12,490 nt of DNA from Pseudobdellovibrionaceae bacterium (GCA_039810425.1 JBDHWW010000073.1:1-12490), one strand, 5' to 3'; positions 1-7,852 are shown, numbered from the stretch's first letter. Numbers and translations: made by a program. The notes: a model not told the origin generated them from the letters alone.

Positions 1-70
1 GAAGGGTTTTGGGGAACTCCATGTCGCGCCTATTAAGCTTGGCACGCTAACGCCAGTCAAGTGGATATGG
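1..70 (-). mobile_element. Probable left end of an IS1595-family (ISSod11-group-like) insertion sequence: terminal repeat, promoter and first 7 codons of the transposase
   Basis: The minus strand reads CATATCCACTTGACTGG, similar to ISSod11-group ends as I recall them (..TATC core). It contains TTGACT-N17-CTTAAT, then an ATG at 22 giving MEFPKTL, an opening I associate with IS1595 transposases. It sits where the fibre protein sequence stops looking family-like. Only 70 bp are visible. Confidence 0.55.
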
Positions 71-717
71 ATGTTAATGAATTCATCATAATTAGCTTGA
101 GTCAGATTGCCTTGTGTTTGATTGACCGTCGGGGCCACTTTAAGAAGTTCCCCGCTACCGTAACCGCCAATCCGGTTGGCCTGCATGGCTAAAGGCACCG
201 CTGTAATCATAAGCGGCGGAAGGGCCTGTGCGGCTGTTTGACCTGGAGGGATAAATTCCACGCGTAAAATGCGCGCATCATCTTCAGCTAAGCTCACTGC
301 CGCACAAGGGGGCTCCAGAGCTGGATTAAAATCCGCGGGCTTTTTGCTATTATCAAAAACATCAAACAAGTTTTTAATTCCAAAAGCACTATGGGGAAAA
401 GCGGGAGTTGCGCCCTTACCTATCTCCAACGAATAAGTGCCAAACGACCCTGTCATATTCACGACATGTTGCTCGGAGTAAAGCGTGCAATTGTTGGGGG
501 TCTGAACCCAAACATTAAACGTCACATTGCCTGAAGTTAACGCCTGATCATTCGGATCTAAAATCCGCCCCGTATAGGTGATACCTGAAGCCGGAGCCGC
601 GGCAAAGGCGAATGTTGACAACACAAAGGCCACGACCAGAATGATCGCCTTTATACCATTAAGGCATCTCACTATGAGACTGTTTTGGCTATCTAATAAC
701 GTGCTGGTTTTTACCAT
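1..717 (-). CDS. 5' part of a Bdellovibrio-type tail-fibre-like (MAT-like) adhesin; probably interrupted near nt 70; runs off the window edge
   Basis: Hand translation gives a frame open from ATG 717 to nt 1: MVKTSTLL...IILVVAFVLSTFAFA (signal peptide), then GITYTGRILDPNDQAL..VTFNVWVQTPNNCTLYSEQHVVNMTGSFGTYSLEIGKG...ITAVPLAMQANRIGG. This matches the conserved N-terminus of Bdellovibrio fibre proteins. It is absent from the ORF track, presumably because there is no stop codon in the window. Confidence 0.8.
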   Translation of the reverse strand, partial: MVKTSTLLDSQNSLIVRCLNGIKAIILVVAFVLSTFAFAAAPASGITYTGRILDPNDQALTSGNVTFNVWVQTPNNCTLYSEQHVVNMTGSFGTYSLEIGKGATPAFPHSAFGIKNLFDVFDNSKKPADFNPALEPPCAAVSLAEDDARILRVEFIPPGQTAAQALPPLMITAVPLAMQANRIGGYGSGELLKVAPTVNQTQGNLTQANYDEFINIHIHLTGVSVPSLIGATWSSPKPF

Positions 718-723
718 ACATAC

Positions 724-751
724 CGTTCGGCAGCACGCGACCATTACTTGA
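724..751 (-). promoter_or_regulatory. Candidate sigma28 (FliA) promoter of the fibre gene
   Basis: The minus strand reads TCAAG-N15-GCCGAACG, versus the consensus T(A/C)AAG-N14-GCCGATAA (spacer 1 nt longer). It ends 6 nt before ATG 717. Confidence 0.45.
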
Positions 752-793
752 TGTTAAAAGATGGAAAAATTAACACAACAGGCAGGTTGCTTT

Positions 794-840
794 AAAAACC
801 CGAGAGGCCAGCGCGCCCCGTGAGCATTTCTGGCTCCTCT
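794..840 (-). terminator. Possible intrinsic terminator downstream of the DHFR-family gene
   Basis: Bulged hairpin AGAGG-AG-CCAG...CTGG-CCTCT, followed after 4 nt by TTTTT on the minus strand. The geometry is imperfect. Confidence 0.3.
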
Positions 841-954
841 GCCCCATTTAGACACATATTTTACTGCCGCACTAAACATAGTGCTAGCATTGGAACGATC
901 ATTGCCTTCAATCAAATTATGCAACGGCTCCGCTATGTATAACTGATCTCTCCT

Positions 955-967
955 GGGGGGGGGGGGG
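955..967. repeat. G13 homopolymer tract
   Basis: 13 consecutive G, intergenic, 4 nt past the stop codon of 972..1529. Confidence 0.9.
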
Positions 968-971
968 CGAA

Positions 972-1529
972 CTACTTCGCGTAGTGGAGAACCACATGTC
1001 CCGACTTGAAAACTTTCGTTTCTATAAGTTTAAATTCCAATTGTTCTTCCAACTTAAGGCCATCGAAAAGACGCCTTCCCTTTCCCGCAATCACAGGGTG
1101 AACGACCAGATGAATCTCATCTATCAATCCATATGCGAGAAGCTGTGATGGAATATCTACACCGCCCGTAAGGATGCTACCTCCCGGTTCTTGTTTGAGC
1201 TTAGTGACTTCGGCTCGTAAATCGGCGCGAAGAATTGTCGTATTTTTCTTCTCTGCCCTGGCAAGAGTTTTAGAAAAAACGACTGTCTGAGGAACAGAAA
1301 CGAACGCCTCGGCAAATTCTTTCATTTCCTTCGGCTGATCGGTGGAGCTTTTAGCGATGTCGGGCCAGAAAGGAACCATCAGTTCAAAAGTCTTTTTTCC
1401 GTACAGCATGATTCCGGCTTCTTTAGTAAGTTGAGTGAAGTACTCATGCACTTCTTCATTGGGATGGCCCTTTTCGTGATCGCAACATCCGTCCATGGTT
1501 ACATTGATTGCGAATATTAATTTTCTCAT
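972..1529 (-). CDS. Dihydrofolate reductase-family (RibD C-terminal domain) protein
   Basis: MRKLI..NVTMDG, LYGKKTFE, GG..I..QLL..GLIDEIHLVVHPVIAGKGRRLF and a C-terminal F.SG.V.LHY. RBS GAGGAG upstream. Confidence 0.88.
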   Translation of the reverse strand: MRKLIFAINVTMDGCCDHEKGHPNEEVHEYFTQLTKEAGIMLYGKKTFELMVPFWPDIAKSSTDQPKEMKEFAEAFVSVPQTVVFSKTLARAEKKNTTILRADLRAEVTKLKQEPGGSILTGGVDIPSQLLAYGLIDEIHLVVHPVIAGKGRRLFDGLKLEEQLEFKLIETKVFKSGHVVLHYAK

Positions 1530-1593
1530 TCAGCTCCTCATCAAGGCCCAATGCTCTCCCCAAAGAATTTACTTTCCTGTTGTATGGTCAGGC

Positions 1594-2730
1594 CTACTTA
1601 TTGTCGACCTTCATAATCAACTCCTGCATGGTTTTAATTTCCTTTGCCACGTCCTCTGGAATATGTGTTCCCCGAGAGCCCGTAAAGGCCATCGTCACCA
1701 GATCCTGATACTCCGTCAGGCACTTCTTAGCCACGGTACTCTTTGGAAACTCAAGCACACATTGCTTCAGATAAAGTTCTGGCAACGAGTAAAAAGCCTT
1801 GTGGCGGTAGTGCGATTCGCAAAATGACAACCAGTACAAGATATCAGGCTTCAAACGAGTCTCGGGATAACGGTCAAGATACTCATAAAGGACCCCCGAT
1901 ACTTTTAAATAATTCAGCTCCTTTTTCGGATCATCAAAACTGAACTTTCCAGCAAGCTCCTCTTTTAAGGCAGCCTCGGCAAACTTGCGAACTTCGTCGT
2001 CTTGATTCGGACTAAAGGACGGGAAGGCCTCTTTTTGGGCACTCTTCGCCGCACTTACAAAATTCTTAATTTTAGCCGCAAAATGTTTCGGCAAATTCGC
2101 ATTCGCCTGGTTTTGTTCAAGGGCGCTAACTAAAGATTTGAAATCTCTTTTCACGCGCACAAAGTAAAACAGCTGGCGGTACAGCGCCTTTTCTAAATTT
2201 TCAGGTGTCACAACATTCTTTGGATAGTCTTTAATCGCCTGGGCATAAAGTGGCATGGCTTCGTCAAAGTTTCGAATAACAAAGAGAAACTCAGCCTCAT
2301 CAAATGGATTGGTTAACACATGATTTTTGTTTAAAGTGCTAAACTGGGTTGAAACGGCAGGAAGCTGCGTATGGCAGCTCATACACACACCCAAAGTGGA
2401 TTTCAGCATCCACAGGGCATAAGACTTATTGCCTTTCGCAAAGATTTGCTCCGTTTCCAGAAGCTGCTGTTCTAAAACTTGGCTGGGAACACGAAAACCA
2501 GTGCTTTTAATTTTCCCTTCGTGATTAATTTTTTTGCTGATCTCGGCCATCTTGAGCAGGGACTCATCAATTTTTTTGGCATTTTTGGGATCCTTAAAGG
2601 ATTCTTCAGAAACCAAATACGGCTTCAGCGAAAATATCTCATTGAGCATGCGATCCATAAATGGCTTTACTTCCGCAAATGCCGTCACACCAAGAGCCAA
2701 TACCATCAAAGTTGTCAAAATTTTCTTCAC
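1594..2730 (-). CDS. Exported monoheme c-type cytochrome domain plus TPR-like helical protein
   Basis: Signal peptide MKKILTTLMVLALGVTAFA. Single CMSCH at 2371-2385 ending a helical domain. TPR-like segments follow (AEFLFVIRNFDEAMPLYAQAIKDYP; YLKQCVLEFPKSTVAKKC). RBS GAGGGG before the GTG start. Confidence 0.72.
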   Translation of the reverse strand: MKKILTTLMVLALGVTAFAEVKPFMDRMLNEIFSLKPYLVSEESFKDPKNAKKIDESLLKMAEISKKINHEGKIKSTGFRVPSQVLEQQLLETEQIFAKGNKSYALWMLKSTLGVCMSCHTQLPAVSTQFSTLNKNHVLTNPFDEAEFLFVIRNFDEAMPLYAQAIKDYPKNVVTPENLEKALYRQLFYFVRVKRDFKSLVSALEQNQANANLPKHFAAKIKNFVSAAKSAQKEAFPSFSPNQDDEVRKFAEAALKEELAGKFSFDDPKKELNYLKVSGVLYEYLDRYPETRLKPDILYWLSFCESHYRHKAFYSLPELYLKQCVLEFPKSTVAKKCLTEYQDLVTMAFTGSRGTHIPEDVAKEIKTMQELIMKVDNK

Positions 2731-2752
2731 AAACCCCTCACATGAATTTTCT

Positions 2753-3226
2753 TTAAATATCTTTCACTTTTGTTGGGGGAATGTCAAAGCCAGAGAGAAC
2801 TTCCTTAAGAATATATATCAGCTCTTCGTCTCCCAATTGAAGATGCAAAAGGATCCTCTGCGGTTGGACTTCAATTGTGTTCACGGTCTGTCTGCCAACT
2901 TGCATATCCAAGTCTTGGCCACACTCAAAACTATTTAACGGATTGACAGCAAAAACCGTTTCATGAATTTGCCCCTCGAGGATTTTATAATTCGCAAATC
3001 GCTCACAAAACCCATTCTCGCCCTGACGATCCCAATACAGACGCTCAGTTCCGTTGGCAAAAAAGGTCCACCGCAAATTCAACTGTGGATTGAGCGGCGG
3101 AACTTCTTCACCACGGTAAATCATTGCCTCCAACTTCCATTCACCCTCCAAGTGAGTTTCTTGGGCCGCCAGTGCCCGCCACGGTACAATACTGAGCAAA
3201 AATAAAGTTAAAACCAGAAATCTCAC
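2753..3226 (-). CDS. Exported lipocalin-like domain protein
   Basis: Signal peptide, then LEGEWKL (lipocalin-like GxW), a beta-strand pattern and two Cys. Start moved to GTG 3226, which overlaps the upstream TGA (GTGA coupling). Confidence 0.6.
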   Translation of the reverse strand: MRFLVLTLFLLSIVPWRALAAQETHLEGEWKLEAMIYRGEEVPPLNPQLNLRWTFFANGTERLYWDRQGENGFCERFANYKILEGQIHETVFAVNPLNSFECGQDLDMQVGRQTVNTIEVQPQRILLHLQLGDEELIYILKEVLSGFDIPPTKVKDI

Positions 3227-4581
3227 TCCAACCACCCCCGTTGCCTTAACTCTTCCATGGCTTTCTTTTGTATTTCATCATTTTCCGCAGACAAAACCGC
3301 CAAAAGTTCCTTTTTAAATGCCGCAAAATCCGACCCACAATTGAGTCTTAACAAAGTCGACCATGCAACACGAAGCCCGCTCTGTGAGCCTATTTTTTTT
3401 GATATTCCCCACAACAGACCCGACACAACTCCGGAATCATGGTAAAGGCCCCCATTAAGATCTTGAAGTTTTGCTGAATTTTCGATGGTCCGTTTGTAGC
3501 CCGCTTTTTTGTAAGCCGCCTCCCCCATTCGAGGATTTTGCAACTGGATTGCGGTTAAAAAATCCGCAAAGGCCTCATTCAAAGATCCCCCTTGGCTGTC
3601 ATAAGGCAGCCCTGCAACGGCCTCAACCACGGAATGCATGGACTCATGGGTAACAATCGAAGGATCCATTGGAATTTTATCATAGGCATCACCATCGCCA
3701 TCACCGAGGCGAATTTTTTTCTGAAAGTAAAAAGCCGTGTTGGTTTTTTCGGGGTAGCCCTTTTGAGTCTCAACCTCAAGAACAAAGGGCAATTGAAAAC
3801 TCAACTGAGCCTTTAACCAGTCTAACGCTTGCGTGATATAATAAAAAACCTGAACTTGAGAAAAACGCACATCACTTTCCGTAAAGCTCAGTTCGTTAGT
3901 ATCTCCGGGAACGGCTAAAATCCCGGCCTCCGTTGTCAAACGGACCGCATCAGATGACAAGTTCGTACTACTTAAAAGCCCGCGCAACCAGACCTCTTGC
4001 AATTGACTGCGCAGGGGTCCTTCGGGAAAAATCCGCGCCCGGGCCTCGATAAACTCAGAGCCCAACCTTTTCTGCGAAACAATTTTCATATCGCGATCAA
4101 GATAAAAAGCCCACAAAGATCCATCTTCTTTTTCAAAGACCAACTTCCACAAGACCCGTGGCAGGTCCTCCGCCTGAAGACTGAGCTCGGGCCCCTCAAG
4201 CAATGAAGCTCTGGTAAAAACCTCGTAGGATTTTAAAAAATAAGAAAGCACAAAGGGCTTTTGTGCTTTCATCAGAATCAGATCACGGCGCACCGACAGG
4301 GGGACTTCCGACATCCATCGATAGTCTACAAACTCAGTGCGGCCTTGGCCCGAAATTTTCTTATAGTAAGTTCCCTCAACTGCGACTCCATCCAAAACCT
4401 GCTTTGAGAAGACCAGACTTTTTGTCCCTATCTCAAGAGGCTTTTCATCTGAAGAAACCCCAGGGGGAGGACTTGGCAAAGGCCCTTCGCCGTCCCAGCG
4501 GCCACTCTCGAAAGTGGCCTTGGGCGTGCACGCCATCTGAAACAATAGCGACAAACCTGCCAGGGGCAAAAGGACCTTCAT
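3223..4581 (-). CDS. Lipoprotein zinc metallopeptidase, thermolysin-like (M4/M36 gluzincin)
   Basis: Lipobox-like FQMA-C. NTAFY, HESMH (3634-3648), GSLNEAFAD (third Zn ligand) and GLYHDSGV parallel thermolysin NAFW/HELTH/GAINEAISD/GVHINSGI. Confidence 0.85.
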   Translation of the reverse strand: MKVLLPLAGLSLLFQMACTPKATFESGRWDGEGPLPSPPPGVSSDEKPLEIGTKSLVFSKQVLDGVAVEGTYYKKISGQGRTEFVDYRWMSEVPLSVRRDLILMKAQKPFVLSYFLKSYEVFTRASLLEGPELSLQAEDLPRVLWKLVFEKEDGSLWAFYLDRDMKIVSQKRLGSEFIEARARIFPEGPLRSQLQEVWLRGLLSSTNLSSDAVRLTTEAGILAVPGDTNELSFTESDVRFSQVQVFYYITQALDWLKAQLSFQLPFVLEVETQKGYPEKTNTAFYFQKKIRLGDGDGDAYDKIPMDPSIVTHESMHSVVEAVAGLPYDSQGGSLNEAFADFLTAIQLQNPRMGEAAYKKAGYKRTIENSAKLQDLNGGLYHDSGVVSGLLWGISKKIGSQSGLRVAWSTLLRLNCGSDFAAFKKELLAVLSAENDEIQKKAMEELRQRGWLE

Positions 4582-4585
4582 ATCA

Positions 4586-5011
4586 TTACTCCACGTTCAA
4601 AGTTTTTTGCAGATAAGTGCCATCCCCATTTAAAAATTTCAAAGTGTGTTGGCCTGAACTAAGTTTACCAATGCGAATTTCTTTTGTAAATGGCACTAAA
4701 ACCATTAAGCACATACCTTGGCTGACTGTAGCATAGGATTGGACTTCATGATTAAAAGCATCGACATGTTTTACATCGGCACCTTTCCAACGATAGCAAC
4801 CATTTGGAAACAAACCGTTGGCAATCACATAGGCATCAGTGTGAGAATCAAAGCCGCCTGGCACATAAACATCATTCAGACCGATGGCCACATCTTTTGT
4901 TGCCGGAGTCGCAACAGCACTGACCGCAAAGCTATTTTGCGCTGTGACGATACCAAGTGCTAAAGATGCTGCGGCTGCCAATTGAACTGTTGATTTAAAA
5001 ATGTTTTTCAT
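4586..5011 (-). CDS. Small exported beta-rich protein with two Cys, function unknown
   Basis: Start moved to ATG 5011, with RBS GGAGGA at 5015-5020. Signal peptide, then motifs FPNGCYRW and QGMCLMVLVPF. Confidence 0.75.
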   Translation of the reverse strand: MKNIFKSTVQLAAAASLALGIVTAQNSFAVSAVATPATKDVAIGLNDVYVPGGFDSHTDAYVIANGLFPNGCYRWKGADVKHVDAFNHEVQSYATVSQGMCLMVLVPFTKEIRIGKLSSGQHTLKFLNGDGTYLQKTLNVE

Positions 5012-5075
5012 AGGTCCTCCAATAGGTGTTTTATTATCGCTGCCGTCATCGTGACGGTAGATGCAAATTCCTATG

Positions 5076-5092
5076 AGCAAGACCGGTGCCAA
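5076..5092 (-). promoter_or_regulatory. sigma54 -24/-12 promoter of the exported-protein operon
   Basis: TTGGCACCGGTCTTGCT, a near-perfect match to YTGGCACG-N4-TTGCW. Confidence 0.85.
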
Positions 5093-5130
5093 CAGTTTTT
5101 AGTCGAAATCGCGCGTAAAAAAACATTGTC

Positions 5131-5178
5131 GAGACAAAGATTCTCAAAGACCCTGAGAACCGGGAGACGAATTGTCTC
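5131..5178. promoter_or_regulatory. Tandem putative activator sites (GRGAC-N5-GTCYC)
   Basis: GAGACAAAGATTCTC (5131-5145) and GAGACGAATTGTCTC (5164-5178). Confidence 0.65.
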
Positions 5179-5186
5179 ACGAAAAA

Positions 5187-6317
5187 TTAGACGCTCTTTG
5201 TTGGAGCTTTCTTTGGAAGAGTGATCACAAATCGAGTGTTCGCACTTTGACCATCATAGTCGAGAGTGCCTCCATTCTGTCTCAGAATTCCCATCGAAAT
5301 ACTCAACCCCAAGCCAGTTCCATACTGCACACTTTTGGTAGAGAAAAAAGGACTGAACATTTTTTTCTGAGTTTCCTGCGGAATCCCCCCCCCACTATCA
5401 GTCAGAGAAATTTGCACCACGGACTCTAGAGCTGCGACTTCAATGCGCACCCACTTCTCTTTTAAATGCTGAACAGCATCAAAAGAGTTGTTCAACAAAT
5501 TCACTAAAACCTGAACAATCTGATGACTGCGGCAATCCACTTTTAACGAAGCGTCCAAGTCCGTCACGACCAAACGAATCGCGTGATTCTGAAAGCGGTA
5601 ATGGCAAAGGTCGACGGCATCATCAATAATACTTTGCACGCTGACCTTACTCGGAGGCTCGTCGTCATGACTATGATGAGCCATGGTCCGCATACCGCGT
5701 ACAATCTTGGCAATTCTCTGGCCTGTGACCTCTATGCTGTCGGCAATTTTTAGTAACTCCTGTTTGTCAAGAGGCTCCTCTTGCAAAATAGACTTCATCA
5801 TTTCAACTCGCCCTAAGATGGCGGCTAAAGGATTGTTGATCTCATGGGTTATGGCCGCAGCCATTTCACCTATGGCCGAAAGGCGCGAAGAAGCCACTAA
5901 TTTTTCTTGCTGGTCCAAGATTGTTTGTCGCGCATTTTTTAAATCCGTGATCTCATAGCGGATAGATAAATATTGCACAATTTTTTGCGCTTCATCAAAA
6001 AATGGCACAATGGTCGTATAGACCCAATAGAGGCCTTCACTTTTATTGCGATTACACACTTCACCGCGCCAGACTTGTCCCGAAGAAATCGTATTCCACA
6101 AGTCGGCAAAGAATTCCTTGGAGTGAAAACCTGAATTAATGATCTTATGGGTTTTCCCTAAAAGCTCTTCGCGACTGTATCCAGAAATCTCACAGAATTT
6201 ATCATTTATATAGGTAATCACTCCCCGGGCATCGGTGGCCGCAACAATCGCCGCCTGATCAAGTGCGAACTTTTGATCTTCTAATTTTTTAATCAAGGAC
6301 TGCGTTAAAACCGACAT
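5187..6317 (-). CDS. Cytoplasmic PAS/PAC sensor histidine kinase (NtrB-like HisKA + HATPase)
   Basis: PAS domain (TDARGVITYINDKFCEISGYSREELLGK..WRGEVCNRNK), H-box HEINNPL, N-box QVLVNLLNNSFDA, DSGGG, FSPFFSTK, GTGLGL. No transmembrane segment. Start moved to ATG 6317 (RBS GGAGG at 6323-6327). Confidence 0.93.
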   Translation of the reverse strand: MSVLTQSLIKKLEDQKFALDQAAIVAATDARGVITYINDKFCEISGYSREELLGKTHKIINSGFHSKEFFADLWNTISSGQVWRGEVCNRNKSEGLYWVYTTIVPFFDEAQKIVQYLSIRYEITDLKNARQTILDQQEKLVASSRLSAIGEMAAAITHEINNPLAAILGRVEMMKSILQEEPLDKQELLKIADSIEVTGQRIAKIVRGMRTMAHHSHDDEPPSKVSVQSIIDDAVDLCHYRFQNHAIRLVVTDLDASLKVDCRSHQIVQVLVNLLNNSFDAVQHLKEKWVRIEVAALESVVQISLTDSGGGIPQETQKKMFSPFFSTKSVQYGTGLGLSISMGILRQNGGTLDYDGQSANTRFVITLPKKAPTKSV

Positions 6318-6327
6318 CAAGGCCTCC

Positions 6328-6342
6328 GGGACAAAATGCCCC
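6328..6342. promoter_or_regulatory. Putative autoregulatory site of the same palindrome family
   Basis: GGGACAAAATGCCCC abuts the kinase RBS, in the region between the divergent kinase and regulator genes. Confidence 0.55.
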
Positions 6343-6425
6343 ACTGTCACCTATCTCAAACCCCTTTTCCTTGAATTGGTCAAGTCTTGTGTTAAATCAA
6401 ATAAAACCTTGAAAAGGACGCCCCT

Positions 6426-7835
6426 GTGACTCAAGAAAATTTTGGTTCTCTTGTGATTGTTGACGATGATCCAGAAATGCTTTCCATGGTGCACGACCAC
6501 TTAAAACGTAGTGGGTACCAAGTGCGGGCCTTTGGCAGCAGCACTGAGGCCGTTAAATATCTTTCCTCCGGGGAACTCGACGCCTTGGGCACTGAACTTT
6601 TGCTCACGGATTTGCGCATGCCCGAAATTGATGGGTTGGATTTACTTCAACAGATCCGTCGCCTGCCGAATCCCTTTCCCGTCATTATTATGACCGCGTT
6701 TGCCACCGTCGACACCGCTGTCGAAGGCCTCCGCCGCGGCGCCTTTGACTATATTACCAAGCCTTTTAAACTGGCAGAGCTGACTTTGACCGTTGAAAGG
6801 GCACTCACATTTTATCGCTTAAAAATGCAAAATCAGGTCCTGAGCGCTGAGCTCAGAAAATCTTGGGGAACCCAAGATATCATCGGCAAAAGTGCCCCAA
6901 TGAAAAGTATTTTTGATCTCATCGAAAGAGTTTCCTCCGCCACCTCCAGCGTTCTGATCACGGGGGAAAGTGGTTCCGGCAAAGAAGTCGTGGCCCGGGC
7001 CATTCACCACCGCAGCCCGCGCGCCCAAAAACCATTTATCGCCATCAACTGCACGGCGATTCCTGAAGACCTCTTAGAGTCTGAACTTTTTGGCCACGTC
7101 AAAGGAAGCTTCACCGGAGCCACCGCCGATAAAAAAGGTCTTTTCGAAGAGGCCGACGGGGGAACTTTGTTCTTGGATGAAATCGGCGATATGAACGTGG
7201 CTTTACAGGCTAAACTTCTGCGCGTTTTGCAAGACCGTAGCCTTAAACCCGTCGGCAGCAATCAGAACAAAAGCATCGACGTGCGTTTGATTGCGGCCAC
7301 TCATAAAGATTTAAAAAAATCCATTCTTAATGGCACCTTCCGCGAGGACTTGTACTATCGCCTTTCTGTGATTCCAATTGTGGTTCCCCCTTTACGTCAT
7401 CGGGTCGAGGACATTCCTCTTCTGGCCCATCATTTTCTTAGAAAGTATGCCGCGTTAAATGGCGGAAAGGCCGTGGGATTTTCACAATCAGCCCTGCAAA
7501 AACTTATGGTGCAACCTTGGCCGGGAAATGTACGCGAACTTGAAAATATGGTGGAGCGACTTGTGGTATTAAGTCATTCACCACAAATTGATTCAACAGA
7601 TATTCCGGACCAGGATCAAACTCCTTCCGAACAGTTTTTTGGCAAAGCCACCGAAGACTCACCAACACTGATGGATTTAGAAAGGCGCTATATCCGTCTC
7701 ATTATGGATAAAACGGGTGGAAAAAAAGAAAAGGCCGCCCAAATTCTTGGGATCAACCGCCGCACTCTCTACCGCAAAGAGCGCGAATATGGCTTTGTCA
7801 CCGATGATGGCGAGGGCTTTATCAACGAAGACTAA
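6426..7835 (+). CDS. sigma54-dependent response regulator, NtrC/AtoC family (REC-AAA+-Fis HTH)
   Basis: IVDDD and TDLRMP receiver motifs; Walker A GESGSGKE; ESELFGHVKGSFTGA; Walker B FLDEIGD; FREDLYYRL; WPGNVRELEN; HTH AAQILGINRRTLYRK. Confidence 0.96.
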   Translation: MTQENFGSLVIVDDDPEMLSMVHDHLKRSGYQVRAFGSSTEAVKYLSSGELDALGTELLLTDLRMPEIDGLDLLQQIRRLPNPFPVIIMTAFATVDTAVEGLRRGAFDYITKPFKLAELTLTVERALTFYRLKMQNQVLSAELRKSWGTQDIIGKSAPMKSIFDLIERVSSATSSVLITGESGSGKEVVARAIHHRSPRAQKPFIAINCTAIPEDLLESELFGHVKGSFTGATADKKGLFEEADGGTLFLDEIGDMNVALQAKLLRVLQDRSLKPVGSNQNKSIDVRLIAATHKDLKKSILNGTFREDLYYRLSVIPIVVPPLRHRVEDIPLLAHHFLRKYAALNGGKAVGFSQSALQKLMVQPWPGNVRELENMVERLVVLSHSPQIDSTDIPDQDQTPSEQFFGKATEDSPTLMDLERRYIRLIMDKTGGKKEKAAQILGINRRTLYRKEREYGFVTDDGEGFINED

Positions 7836-7852
7836 TTAAATGTGATAGCACA

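Noticed and set aside
972..1529. Calling this gene folA or ribD, or a firm member of the regulon
   Set aside because: It fits the broad uncharacterised RibD_C-like family and has no deaminase domain. The 64-nt gap leaves co-transcription unresolved.
5012..5092. N-terminal extensions in the ORF track (also 6318-6350, 7936-7959 and 9705-9824)
   Set aside because: They overlap promoters, binding sites or the upstream gene. The downstream ATGs have a clear RBS or translational coupling.
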